64,000 nt of DNA. Source: Biomphalaria pfeifferi (Eukaryota). The translations under genes were made by a program, and so were the position numbers. The stretch lies in NCBI GenBank assembly GCA_030265305.1, contig JASAOG010000245.1, positions 105,822 through 169,821 on the forward strand. Direction: 5' to 3'. The notes beneath the pieces are model-generated. The model had not been told where the DNA came from, ran no database searches, and was given only the letters and a program-made list of their open reading frames with translations. Positions 28,471-41,392 of the stretch are shown in pieces (the stretch's first letter is position 1; every line of letters begins with the position of its first letter).

Positions 28471-28718
28471 GGGTGTATTTATGTATGCGACATCGTTCAA
28501 ATCATAGGTAATGCCCAGGCATTCATCTCAATACTATAAGATGATTCCTAATTGATTTGCGGCTGGTAGAGGATCCTCTACATCACACCCTTCCAGACAC
28601 AGAGCAGTGCGGCCGCGTTACACCGATACCAATCGTTATAGAAGGCCCCAACACTAACCTACCACGTCGGCACCTGTGGGTAGTTAAGACAAAAAGCTTG
28701 TTGCCAAGTCATAAGTTG

Positions 28719-28740
28719 TGACGTCAGACCTGTGACGTGA
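28719..28740. promoter_or_regulatory. Paired cAMP-response-element-like sites TGACGTCA (28719-28726) and TGACGTGA (28733-28740) in a locally GC-rich segment
   Basis: Motifs read from the sequence. The surroundings at 27700-29350 are GC-rich relative to the window. No associated transcript could be identified. Confidence 0.25.
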
Positions 28741-28904
28741 CAAAGAGCCATTCGTCTTGGTTACACCCCCAAACCCGAAAAATACTTCAAACCAGTCGCT
28801 GTGCTCCACGAATATAACAAATCTACAAGAATTCAAGCAGCAACCTGGAAAAAAAAAACCTAAAGCAAAACTACAGTTATCAAAATCCACGAGCGTAGAA
28901 ATAT

Positions 28905-29110
28905 ATACATATATGGAGGCGCGGTGACTGAGGTCCCGGGTTCGAATCCTGGTGAAGAGTGGGAGTTCCGATTTCAGGATCTTTGGGCTCCTCTGAGTCC
29001 ACCCAGCTCTAATGGGTACATGACATTAGTTGGGGGAAAGTAAAGGCGGTTGGTCGTTGTGTTGGCCACATGACACCCTCGTTAAAACAGAAACATCTGC
29101 CCTATAGATA
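28905..29110 (+). mobile_element. Repeat family B copy
   Basis: Head ggaggcgcggtgactgaggtcccgggttcgaatcctgg... plus body. Confidence 0.7.
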
Positions 29111-31489
29111 TATATATATATAAAGAGAGAGAGAGAGATTGATGTAGGCCTAGACGCTTCTTAGTTACGTCTAGATTTTAGAAAGATATAGGCAATCCTC
29201 AAAAGTGTACCCTCATGCGTTCAGTGTCACGTGACAAGATCCATTGAGAACGTGTCAAAAATGTTTGACATGTTTCGGAGGTTCCTTCAAATTACTTTAT
29301 ATCCCAAAAATTCTCGCGAGACGACGGGGGGGGGGGGGGGGGGCAGGGTTCGAACCCGGAACCTTCATTGTTAAAACTATAGCATACAGCAAAAATACTG
29401 CTGAAAACGATGCCAACCTTATTACAAGTCTTTATTCAATGGAGGCAACTCTAGCCTTTTCAGTAATATATATACCATAGACTTAAATAAATATAGACAG
29501 GCCGAAGGAAGTAACTTCATGTAACTTGAAAACATGTATATCTATTGTATTCGGATTTCCGAATTATAATAAAATTGCATGATCTTGATTCTTAGAGATT
29601 AAAAAAAAAACACCTCTGAAAATAGTGTAATACTTATATAGGTTATGGCTGAAATAGATATGAATACTTAACGTTTATACTGCTCATTAATACTGTATAA
29701 TAAAGTACATAAAATTGCAAGTCACAAATTTTCGTCTCATAAAACTCTTTAATCGGCCAGTCTATATTTATTTATGTCTATGATATATACACAATGGAAA
29801 AATAATAATTAATAAACAATAAATGTATAATTAAAATTAATGTAGGCCTACTGTACTGGATAACATTATGTTTACTTCTAGATAATTCCTATTACTATAT
29901 TTAACATTATAATAGTCGTTCACCCATTAAGATACATGAATTAATAATATGAATAAATAGTTAATTTGAACAATCTTTACAAATACAGCACAAAGATACA
30001 AAATAGTCTATAAATAAACCACACACATGATTAGATTATGAATATAAAAAAATTCATGTTTTCTTTGAAATAAACCTCTATTTTAAAAAAAAGGCATGAT
30101 GAAAAAGCTAAAAATGAATAGCACAAATGCTGAGGTTTCCTTAAAAGAGAGAAAGAAAAAAAAAAGACATGATTAGAAATGAGGTTCGAACTCTAGCCTT
30201 CCAAGACAAGTAACCAAACGGCTAATACCACTCTTCCATCAATTATACAAGTAATGCCACCCTAACGCGCCAGCTACATTTGAAACTAGAGGCATATGTA
30301 ATTAGAACAAAGTCGTTTAGCGAAGCGTATGAATGGTCACTGGAGCGTGACGAAACCTTACGGCACCTGGGGCCAAACTTATTGAGCCAAGAGAACTTAT
30401 GGAAGTTCAGAGAGAAATTCATGCATCGACTCGCAGGGGTGGAAATGGGAGCCTCTCCCCGACAACCATAGATATTTTCAATATTGACTAATGCACTTAA
30501 AAGCTCAGCTATGACATTCACAGAGAGGGTATTTTGATGGAAAGTTTGAATGCAACCAAGTGCTTTTATTAGAGTAACCGAATACATTGTACTTTTAGTT
30601 ACTTTGGGTTATTTCCTTTTAAATCTTGTTTCTAAAAGGTACAAGTACATTGCAAACAGCCATACAGTAAACATATATTAGATTTGAAGACGAAGTCCAC
30701 AATGTATAATACGCTCCATCTCCAAACATACAACTTCTTTTTATTCATTTTTGGTGGGAGCAATTATTTAACAAAAATCTAGACGTTATATGTGTGTGAT
30801 GGGAAAATTTCTATCATTTGAAATGTCAGTTCAATAATAATTTCACACCAACAAAATCATTAACTTTTGTTAGATAGCTAGTTTAGTTAGTTGGGTGGCG
30901 CACTTTAATGTACTGACAGTGAACGGATATTTTAGAATGAAGACATAAACTTTGGGGTTAGAGGTTAAGATTGACTTATAGAAGGGAATAACATCGTTTT
31001 ATAGCAACAGACTAGACTGTGGCCCATTCTGTAATAAACGTTTGTTTGAAGTTCACCTTGAGTCAACTTGGTCATTGAGTCTGTGATACCTGTTATTGTT
31101 GTGGCGGATGTTATGTACCGAACTTGCAACCACAATACACTCAACTAGGTACGCATGCATCTAGGATAAATAATCATCTGTAGAAATACTTCAGCTACAT
31201 ATGACTTACACATGCAACCGTTACACTATGAATAATTTGGGATCTGCGCTCTTTGTAATGAACATGAAAAATTGATATTGCTTTGACCACTCGCTAATGC
31301 TCCTATATCTGCGACTATGACTTTATAATTGATGAACTCCAGCGGGTAAATTACAATGAACCGTTTATTTGATCATGAAATATATACTTTTCAATAACTT
31401 TGACGGCTAAACGGTTTTATCACCTATTTGTCTTGTGTGTTAGTGTAAATGAAAGCATAATCTGAATAAACCATTTTTAAAAAATTGTA

Positions 31490-31760
31490 CACGTGTCTAC
31501 ACCAGAGAACAATAGACAACCTAATGATCGTAAAGTCTGAACAATGTTAAACTTAATTGTTGTGAAAACACGGAACTTACGGTTTTGTCTTGTATGTTTT
31601 TAGCAATGTAATCTTCTACTGAATTAAATAAGATAATTTTTACCGATCCAATCAAATGGAAATTCAGTTTGACCACAATTGACAACCTCAGCGTAACTAC
31701 TGCACAATAACAATATAGATGCAAATACGAACAACATTCACACATACACACTCACAACCA
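31490..31760. repeat. Local repeat family U (about 150-270 bp), copy 1. A divergent copy lies at 32085-32235 and a partial copy at 38140-38215
   Basis: 31495-31640 and 32088-32232 are roughly 80% identical. 31640-31720 (caatcaaatggaaattcagtttgaccacaattgacaacctcagcgtaactactg) is about 90% identical to 38147-38205. The copies sit at both edges of the satellite island. Confidence 0.6.
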
Positions 31761-32084
31761 GCGCTTTATAAATTAGACTTCTATGAACTTCTCGATGACG
31801 ACAGATTATCTTGAAACACTCTGACCGAAAGTGGGATGAAGGAGTGTTTTAACTCTTTCTGTTTAAGCTCTAATGGAAAGGAGACGACGTTCAGATCTTA
31901 TGTAACAGTGGTTTAATGATGATGGTGCACTTTAAGACCAGCCCTCGCACTTAGCCAAGAAATGTGATTTTCTTGTAAGAAAAATAAATACCTTGATAAA
32001 TATTGATTTCACTAAAAGAACCAGTATGTAAAAAAAAAATCCCAATTTCAAGGACTGCGTTCGTTTGGCATCTAAGCGCATGTA

Positions 32085-32235
32085 TGATACGGGTGTCTAC
32101 AACAGAGAACAATAGACAAACTAATGATCATGAAGATTGAACAATTTCTGAACAATGTTAAATTTAATTGTTGTGAAAACATGAAACTTGTCTTAAGTGT
32201 TTTTGTCAATGTAAACTTCAACTGATTGAAAAACA
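32085..32235. repeat. Repeat family U divergent copy, immediately 5' of the 35-bp satellite
   Basis: As for 31490-31760. Confidence 0.6.
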
Positions 32236-32263
32236 AAAAAAAACAACTTCTGGCATGCAGGAG

Positions 32264-33386
32264 ATAGTTTGTCAATCTACTGGACCCGTAAGATAAACAG
32301 TGTTTGTCAATCTACTGGACTCGTGTGATAAACAGTGTTTGTCAATCTACTGGACTCGTGTGATAAACAGTGTTTGTCAATCTACTGGACTCGTGTGATA
32401 AACAGTGTTTGTCAATCTACTGGACCCGTAAGATAAACAATGTTTGTCAATCTACTGGACCCGTAAGATAAACAATGTTTGTCAATCTACTGGACCCGTA
32501 AGATAAACAGTGTTTGTCAATCTACTGGACCCGTAAGATAAACAGTGTTTGTCAATCTACTGGACCCGTAAGATAAACAGTGTTTGTCAATCTACTGGAC
32601 CCGTAAGATAAACAGTGTTTGTCAATCTACTGGACCCGTAAGATAAACAGTGTTTGTCAATCTACTGGACCCGTAAGATAAACAGTGTTTGTCAATCTAC
32701 TGGACCCGTAAGATAAACAGTGTTTGTCAATCTACTGGACCCGTAAGATAAACAGTGTTTGTCAATCTACTGGACCCGTAAGATAAACAGTGTTTGTCAA
32801 TCTACTGGACCCGTAAGATAAACAGTGTTTGTCAATCTACTGGACCCGTAAGATAAACAGTGTTTGTCAATCTACTGGACCCGTAAGATAAACAGTGTTT
32901 GTCAATCTACTGGACCCGTAAGATAAACAGTGTTTGTCAATCTACTGGACCCGTAAGATAAACAGTGTTTGTCAATCTACTGGACCCGTAAGATAAACAG
33001 TGTTTGTCAATCTACTGGACCCGTAAGATAAACAGTGTTTGTCAATCTACTGGACCCGTAAGATAAACAGTGTTTGTCAATCTACTGGACCCGTAAGATA
33101 AACAGTGTTTGTCAATCTACTGGACCCGTAAGATAAACAGTGTTTGTCAATCTACTGGACCCGTAAGATAAACAGTGTTTGTCAATCTACTGGACTCGTG
33201 TGATAAACAGTGTTTGTCAATCTACTGGACTCGTGTGATAAACAGTATTTGTCAATCTACTGGACTCGTGTGATAAACAGTGTTTGTCAATCTACTGGAC
33301 TCGTGTGATAAACAGTGTTTGTCAATCTACTGGACTCGTGTGATAAACAGTGTTTGTCAATCTACTGGACCCGTAAGATAAACAGT
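32264..33386. repeat. Satellite array, 35-bp unit, about 32 copies, with higher-order organisation
   Basis: Unit tgtttgtcaatctactggacccgtaagataaacag (variant A). Variant B (...ggactcgtgtgataaacag) occupies copies 2-4 and a 5-copy block near the 3' end. A third sub-variant (aacaatg) appears twice at 32440-32500. Confidence 0.95.
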
Positions 33387-33810
33387 CTTCTATACGGTAG
33401 TACAAGTCACACGAGAAGCTGCAAATGGAAAAGATCATCTCACGAGATGAAAAAATACCACAGAAACAGAATTTCACTGTAGACCACTAGTAGTGTTTCT
33501 ACCAGGGTCGGTCCTACGAATTGCGGGACCCAATTTAATGGATGCTATAAGTATGAATTCGATCATTATATTAGCATTTATTATACAACATGCATAGGAA
33601 ACAACCCACTCGCAACAGGCGTCAATGGGTTAATTAAAGCTACGTCAATAGTACGATACACAAAATATATTAACCCATTAAGCCCTAAAACCTAAAAACC
33701 TGTCACAAGAGCCATGACTGATAGTGACATGCTTCATGCCAATTGAGTGGCCCCTGCCAGGAGCGGGTCCCAATGGACCTCATTCACCAACCGTAAACAA
33801 ACAACATTTA

Positions 33811-33920
33811 GCCACGTGATAATTTTGATAAAACAACGAAAAGAAGACTGTCACGTGATAGCCATCGTGTATTAAAAATTAGATCGTAATTTGTATAGAA
33901 GAGATAGAGAATCACGTGGA
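33811..33920. promoter_or_regulatory. Cluster of three CACGTG E-boxes (33813, 33852, 33913) within 110 bp
   Basis: The motifs gccACGTGat, gtCACGTGat and atCACGTGga were read directly. Function is unknown. The cluster lies just outside the 3' end of the LINE copy that starts at 33928. Confidence 0.25.
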
Positions 33921-33927
33921 TAAATGT

Positions 33928-34745
33928 TATCTTCTTATCTTATATAATACAGACGTTACTTCAAAAAAGAAGATGATTACGTCCTACGCGTCATGCATTT
34001 AGTCATGCATATTAACCAATGACTTAAATTCTGCCAAGTCACTGGTTTTTCTGGCTAGCTCAGGCAACCCATTCCATGCTCTAATAGCACTAGGGAAGAA
34101 GGAGTATTTGTACAAATTTGTCCTAGCATATGGGACGAGGAATGTGCCTTTATTTTTGTGTCTTTCAGAGTATTTTATTAAATTTTGTTTTTGTATTTGA
34201 AGATTATGGTTCAGTGTTTTATGTATAATTGCTACTTTACTTTTGAGTCTTCTGTCCTGAAGGCTTTCTAAATTTAGTGATTTTACTAATGGTGTTACCC
34301 TAGTCAAATGTGAATATTCGTTTGTTATGAATCTCACTGCTCTATTTTGTGTTTGTTCCAGTTTCTTAATATTTTCTTGAGTTGAGGGGTCCCACACGGT
34401 GGATGCATATTCTATTATTGGCCTAACCAAGGTTAAATAACATTTTAGTTTTATGTTCTTATTTGATTTATAGAAATTTCTTTTAATAAACCCTAATGCT
34501 TTGTTGGATTTTTTTATAGTTTCATCAATATGTGGATTCCATGACAGTTTTTCATTTATTATAACACCTAGGTATTTTGAGTTTTTAGTCTGTGTTACTG
34601 CTTTGCCATGAATAAGATAAGTGGAATTAATTTGTTTTAGTTTTTTTGTTACTCTTAACAACTGACATTTTTCTGGGTGGAAAGACATGCTCCAATTTGA
34701 TTCCCATTTCTGTAATTCATCTAATTCTCTTTGTAAAATATCTGT
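33928..34745 (-). mobile_element. Non-LTR retrotransposon (LINE family 1, CR1/L2/RTE-like), 5'-truncated copy carrying the RT C-terminus and a 3' tail ending in (GATAA)n
   Basis: The 229-aa ORF 33999-34688 reads ...SFHPEKCQLLRV...IKRNF...LVRPIIEYASTVWDP...LESLQDRRL...YSFFPSAIRAWNGLP.... The 3' tail ...gtaacgtctgtattatataagataag recurs at eight or more sites. Confidence 0.8.
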
Positions 34746-34839
34746 GTCTTGTTTTGTTTTGTTTTGTTGTTTGTTTACAATTGGTGAATGAGGTCCATTT
34801 GGAAAGATCGATCAAATCGGCCTAAGGTTAATTTTGTTT

Positions 34840-34990
34840 TATTTTTGTTGATTCGTGTCTTGTCAGGTACAATGAATAATTGTGCGAAGTTTGCCCCCAT
34901 AATGGAAAATGAGACAAAACCTATGTTCAAACTATTCGCCAGACAGACAGAGTGAGTTTGATGTAAACTTGTGTTTATAGCTACTTAGAA
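34840..34990 (+). mobile_element. Repeat family D copy
   Basis: The segment gattcgtgtcttgtcaggtacaatgaataattgtgcgaagttt...aaactattcgccagacagacagagtgagtttgatgtaaac matches the family D consensus. Confidence 0.6.
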
Positions 34991-35084
34991 TCGAGTTCCG
35001 TGAAATGTTCGTATATCAGTCGCCTTGCTGATCCAAACAAAAGACCTAGACGACTTCATCCAATTTAGCTTCATTACTCCTGGG

Positions 35085-35575
35085 CAAACAGCTCAGAACC
35101 TCAATGTTCATATATTATGGCAGTGAATTTTGATGTTCCTGTATTAGGGCCCTGAATCTTGATGTTCATGTATTAGGGGGCCTGAATCTTGACTCATGGA
35201 CATACAGCTCAGAATCTCAACGTTCATATATTATGGCCGTGAAGATGTTCATATATTAGGGGCCCAGAAAATTGATGTTCATGTATTAGGGCATTGAATC
35301 TTGATATTCATATATTAGGACCCTGAATGTTGATGCTCATGTATTATGGCACCGAATGTTGATGTTCATGAATTAGGGCACTGAATTTTAATGTTTACGT
35401 ATTAGAGCACTGAATCTTAATGCTCACATATTAGGGCACTGAATCTTAATGTTCACATATTAAGTCACATATTACGGTACTGAATCTCGGTGTTTTTATA
35501 TAAATAATTGATGTTCATGTATTAGGGCACTAAATCATGATGTTCACATATTACGGTACCGAATCTCGGTGTTTT
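35085..35575. repeat. Degenerate minisatellite, about 29-30-bp unit, about 15 copies
   Basis: Unit gatgttcatgtattagggcactgaatctt with many point variants. Confidence 0.85.
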
Positions 35576-36487
35576 TATATTAATATTTAAGGCACTCATC
35601 AAATCGAGAGCCAAATATAAAAGTCATTCACTGTGAAAACCTCTAACCGTCACGGTCGGTTGACTACGAGCATTTCACCTCCCCCTTTTTTTGTGATCGC
35701 CGGTTTTCGCATTCACGGAGCTAATGAATGGTTCAATCTATCTAGAGGGGTTTCAGGGTGAATAGCACTAATGAATGGTTCCTTATATCCAAAGAGTTTT
35801 GCGTTCACAGTAGTAATGAATGGTTTAAGTTTAATATGGCTGTGGAAAATGTCCATGCACCAAAGAATAGATCAACAATTACAGAGTTTGCAAACCTACA
35901 AACCTCTACCGATAGTTAGAGGAATGCTACTGGCTTTGTTAATTCTGAATTTCTGAGCCACATGTAGCTGTAACTTCGTGTTTCGTGTGCATATTGGACA
36001 TTCCTTTCAGGAGTCATTAGAGCATGATTGCATTGGTACAAATGTAAAAACATAAACTATTAATAGTATTCAGAAAGTCACCAAGATAAATGAACATTTC
36101 TTAATCATAATAATATGGCTAGTCTTCGAGTCCGAAGATTAGTAAAGAATGCAGTATTTTTCCATGACTGCGCAGTCCCAGCTGTGACCTACATATTTAA
36201 TCATATGTTAGGACTAATTCATACAAGTACTCTTTTTATCTTAGTAAAGTTAAAGCATGGAACGGGTTGCTTGAATCAGGCAGGAAAACCAACGATTTAG
36301 CAGATTTTTATATTCTCTAATTAACATGTACAACATAGAAATGTTGGTACGCTAGGGCAGCAACCTTTTTTGTTGTTCTTTTTTCGAAGAAATATCGGGA
36401 TATTATTAGACAAGAATCAGCTTGGAATGCCAAAGCCTTAATAAAGTTAAGATCTCTAATTCATATTAACGATTTCATCATCTGTTT

Positions 36488-37652
36488 GAAGAAACATCTT
36501 AGTGTATCAGATATAAGTGTGCTACAGTCTTGCTGGAAGAAACATCTTAGTGTATCAGATATAAGTGTGCTATAGTCTTGCTGGAAGAAACATCTTAGTG
36601 TATCAGATATAAGTGTGCTATAGTCTTGCTGGAAGAAACATCTTAGTGTATCAGATATAAGTGTGCTATAGTCTTGCTGGAAGAAACATCTTAGTGTATC
36701 AGATATAAGTGTGCTATAGTCTTGCTGGAAGAAACATCTTAGTGTATCAGATATAAGTGTGCTATAGTCTTGCTGGAAGAAACATCTTAGTGTATCAGAT
36801 ATAAGTGTGCTATAGTCTTGCTGGAAGAAACATCTTAGTGTATCAGATATAAGTGTGCTATAGTCTTGCTGGAAGAAACATCTTAGTGTATCAGATATAA
36901 GTGTGCTATAGTCTTGCTGGAAGAAACATCTTAGTGTATCAGATATAAGTGTGCTATAGTCTTGCTGGAAGAAACATCTTAGTGTATCAGATATAAGTGT
37001 GCTATAGTCTTGCTGGAAGAAACATCTTAGTGTATCAGATATAAGTGTGCTATAGTCTTGCTGGAAGAAACATCTTAGTGTATCAGATATAAGTGTGCTA
37101 TAGTCTTGCTGGAAGAAACATCTTAGTGTATCAGATATAAGTGTGCTATAGTCTTGCTGGAAGAAACATCTTAGTGTATCAGATATAAGTGTGCTATAGT
37201 CTTGCTGGAAGAAACATCTTAGTGTATCAGATATAAGTGTGCTATAGTCTTGCTGGAAGAAACATCTTAGTGTATCAGATATAAGTGTGCTATAGTCTTG
37301 CTGGAAGAAACATCTTAGTGTATCAGATATAAGTGTGCTATAGTCTTGCTGGAAGAAACATCTTAGTGTATCAGATATAAGTGTGCTATAGTCTTGCTGG
37401 AAGAAACATCTTAGTGTATCAGATATAAGTGTGCTATAGTCTTGCTGGAAGAAACATCTTAGTGTATCAGATATAAGTGTGCTATAGTCTTGCTGGAAGA
37501 AACATCTTAGTGTATCAGATATAAGTGTGCTATAGTCTTGCTGGAAGAAACATCTTAGTGTATCAGATATAAGTGTGCTATAGTCTTGCTGGAAGAAACA
37601 TCTTAGTGTATCAGATATAAGTGTGCTATAGTCTTGCTGGAAGAAACATCTG
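36488..37652. repeat. Satellite array, 48-bp unit, about 24 near-identical copies
   Basis: Unit gaagaaacatcttagtgtatcagatataagtgtgctatagtcttgctg. Only the first copy differs (ctacagtc). Confidence 0.95.
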
Positions 37653-37839
37653 TAATATATCAGTCAGAATTATGGGTGAAGAGACGATGGTGGAATTAAA
37701 TAAACAAAAAAAAACGTAATGTAAGGTCCGCACCCCGAACCACACTAACGACGCCACTGCTTAAGACTATCACCCACATCATCATTTACAATCGATAATA
37801 TTTATAGATCGATAGAAATGGATACATAGATGATAGGTA

Positions 37840-37906
37840 GGTAGATAGATAGATAGATCTATATCATATTATATATATATATATAGAGAGAGAGAGACAA
37901 ACAGAC

Positions 37907-37939
<33 letters not shown>

Positions 37940-37944
37940 TAGAC

Positions 37945-38039
<95 letters not shown>

Positions 38040-38040
38040 C
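37840..38040. repeat. Compound microsatellite (TA)n(GA)n(CAGA)n(GATA)n
   Basis: Read directly from the sequence. Confidence 0.95.
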
Positions 38041-38139
38041 TGAATTAAGACATTTTTTTAGATTGAAATGTAATAAAACTGAAGAAAAAGAAAGCTATAA
38101 ATACATGTGTAGGCTACAGGCCTATATGATTTATAAATA

Positions 38140-38215
38140 ATTTTTATTGATGCAATCAAATGGAAATTCAGTTTGACTACAATTGACCACCTCAGTGTAA
38201 CTACTGTAACATGTT
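38140..38215. repeat. Repeat family U partial copy
   Basis: As for 31490-31760. Confidence 0.55.
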
Positions 38216-38354
38216 GCACTTCCACTAGTCCTAAAAACAGTCGGCCTAGGCCTACCAAGAGAAACATAAAACTCAAGTGACCAGGCTAAAATGAGTAGGG
38301 AGCAAGCAAATACAAATTTAGAAGACCCGTAATTAAGTTACTAAATAGTGATAC

Positions 38355-39495
38355 AAATAGATGCTGGCTTACTAGATTTTTCTAAGGCATTAGACAAAGT
38401 TCACCACCATAGTTTGCTTAAAAAATTAAAATATGTCGGCATTAATGGTCCATTGCATCAGTGGATTAAAGATTTTTCTGATAGGGAGAGAACAAACTGT
38501 AATAATAAATGGCTCTAAATCAACACCGTAAACTCAGGTATACCTCAAGGAACAGTCTTGGGTCCACTACTATTTTTTATTTACATAAAGGATTTACCAA
38601 ATTGCATTACTTCAGTAACAAAAGTCATTTTATTTGCAGACGATTGCATAATATATAGAACAATAAAAACAACACAAGACACAGATATTTTACAAAGAGA
38701 ATTAGATGAATTACAGAAATGGGAATCAAATTGGAGCATGTCTTTCCACCCAGAAAAATGTCAGTAGTTAAGAGTAACAAAAAAACTAAAACAAATTAAT
38801 TCCACTTATCTTATTCATGGCAAACCAGTAACACAGACTAAAAACGCAGAATATCTAGGTGTTATAATAAATGAAAAACTGTCATGGAATCCACATATTG
38901 ATGAAACTATTAAAAAATCAAACAAAGCATTAGGATTTATTAAAAGAAATTTCTATAAATCAAATAAGAACATAAAACTAAAATGTTATTTAACCTTGGT
39001 TAGGCCAATAATAGAATATGCATCCTTCGTTTGGAACCCCTCAACTCAAGAAAACATTAAGAAACTGGAACAGACACAAAATAGAGCAGTGAGATTCATA
39101 AAAAACGAATATTCACATTCGACTAGAGTAACACCTTTAGTAAAATCACTAAGTTTAGAAAGCCTCCAGGACAGAAGACTCGAAAGTAAAGTAGCAATTA
39201 TACATAAAACACTGAACCATAATCTTCAAATACAAAAACAAAATTTAATTAAATACTCTGAAAGACACAAAGATAAAAGGCACATTCCTCGTCCCACATG
39301 CTAGGACAAATTTGTACAAATACTCCTTCTTCCCTAGTGCTATTAGAGCATGGAATGGGGTTGCCTGAGCTAGCCAGGAAAACCAGTGACTTGGCAGAAT
39401 TTAAGTCATTGGTTAATATGCATGACTAAATGCATGACGCGTAGGACGTAATCATCTTCTGTTTTGAAGTAACGTCTGTATTATATAAGATAAAG
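38355..39495 (+). mobile_element. LINE family 1 copy, 5'-truncated, RT domain with inactivating mutations
   Basis: Translation contains LDFSKAFDKVHHHSLLKKL...SGIPQGTVLGPLLFFIYIKDLP...ILFADDCIIY (the FADD RT active site)...SFHPEKCQ*LRV (a nonsense codon where the 33928 copy has QLL). The same 3' tail ends at about 39495. Confidence 0.8.
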
Positions 39496-41392
39496 CCAGT
39501 ACGTTTCTAATAGTTACTCAAACTTGAAGTACAATGTCACACATCCACTCCACACCCCCCCCCCGTGTTTTGTTTTTTACGTTGCAATACTTGTACAAAC
39601 TTTAACCCTTGCCCTCTTAAACAATCTCTAGAATCTTAGTGAAACTAAAGCATTGAAATCTATATATTTTGTTGTTGTTTTGTAAATTCTAAATGCTACA
39701 AAATTAAAAGGAAAAAAAAAGAACTTAGATCTAAATAAAAGCTGTTGTTGTAGGCTGTAACATATTGGTATTTGTGTACTGCGAATATTCTACATAGGCA
39801 GTCTAGACCATACGGAAATATTTCTGGCTCGAACCCTAGGCAAACTATTTAAAAGTAGCCAACTTTCAATGGAGAGAGCACACATAGATCTACTTGACAA
39901 TTTGACATACATACACAGATTGCTGAAATACAAATAGATGCGTGGAAAAAAGTTACATCTAGTTTTCTAAAAAAAAAAAAAAAAAAAAAAAAACTTACTA
40001 GTCTTAAGAGTTTGTCCTAAAATCAAAGAAGGTGCATGAATAGAGCCGATCAAGTCGTAGGCGAAGTGTCGGGGGATAGACTTGTCTTCCACACTTGGAC
40101 TCAAGACTCTTAGTGCTGGCTAGACGTGTCTGTGTGTGTGTTTGGATATGAATGGTGTGTGAAAGTTTGGAACGCTCCGCCAAACCTTTCCCATTTTTTT
40201 TTCTTTCCTTATTACCTCCCCTCTTATAAAAAAAAAACAAAATACCCCCCCTCCCCTTGGCTCAGTTTTTTTTTTCTCTACTCTCTACACACGTTTTGTC
40301 CAGCGTACCGCTTTGACCTCTGTTGACTCGCAGTGGGTCAGCTCGGACACGCCTCCTGCGCAGCTTTCGGTGATCTTTAGAGAGAGAAGAGTTTCTACAC
40401 GTAGCACGCAGAGAAATATATTTTAAAAAAGGGGGTGTGGAACAAACACTGCATGTATATATATATATTTTTTTTTTGTTTTGTTTTTAGAAGAGACTGA
40501 TAGTTATAGCCCCTGCTTGTTAAATATTGCAAAGAGAGAGAAAAAAAAAGTACTAATTATTTTAAGTAAGGACAGTCCGACCATAAATATTCCAGACACA
40601 GACCTATACATATAAAGGCCTATATTGTTGTTGTGAAATTATTCAAATGGTAGTCAGAAAGTTATATGCAACAATATCTTTTTTATATTTTAATTACTAA
40701 AGGAAAAACAAGTTTCGTACGCTAGAGCTACTGTCTATTGACAGTGTATTTTTTTGTTTTAGCGGTGGGCGCACAGTGGAGGCCAATTGTTTCAGACGTG
40801 AAGACACAGGGTATTGTTTAGAGGTGTATGCATGGTGTATTGACGAATAAAATACTCAGAAAGACACAAAGATAAAGGCATATTCCTTATTTCATTTGTT
40901 TATCTCCTAGTGCCATTAGAGCCAGGTGCACTAATGAAATAGAAGAGCTTAGGGTTCTGTAATTTAAAAGATAAGAAAGAATTGTTTGAGGGTAAGGGCA
41001 CTTAGTGTTAAAAAACGACAACAGCTCCTGTACATTTGTATTGCAGAAGTCGATACATCAATACCGCTGCACTATGTGGAGCATGTTCAGTTGCTAGCTA
41101 AATACTCTCTCTCTCACACAAACACACAAACAAACACACTTATCTATCAGGGGCGAACTGGCTATATGGGCATTTGGGCAAATGCTCGGTAGACCGGTAC
41201 CCGAAAGGACCGCATGGATGCCACCATATATTAAATTGTTAAAGGTTTTATAATATTCTATTATAAAGAGGGCCTTCTGACGTCGTGTTTAAAAGAAATC
41301 TCTACAGTGTAACAATAATTTAATACCAAATTTTCCAAAATATTGTAATAGCCTACATCCGTAGACAGTGCTAGCCTACTAGTAGAAGTCAT

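Noticed and set aside
32264-37652. Regularly spaced direct repeats that could superficially resemble CRISPR arrays
   Set aside because: The units abut with no unique spacers, and the context is eukaryotic (spliceosomal introns, LINEs and SINEs). These are satellites, not CRISPR.
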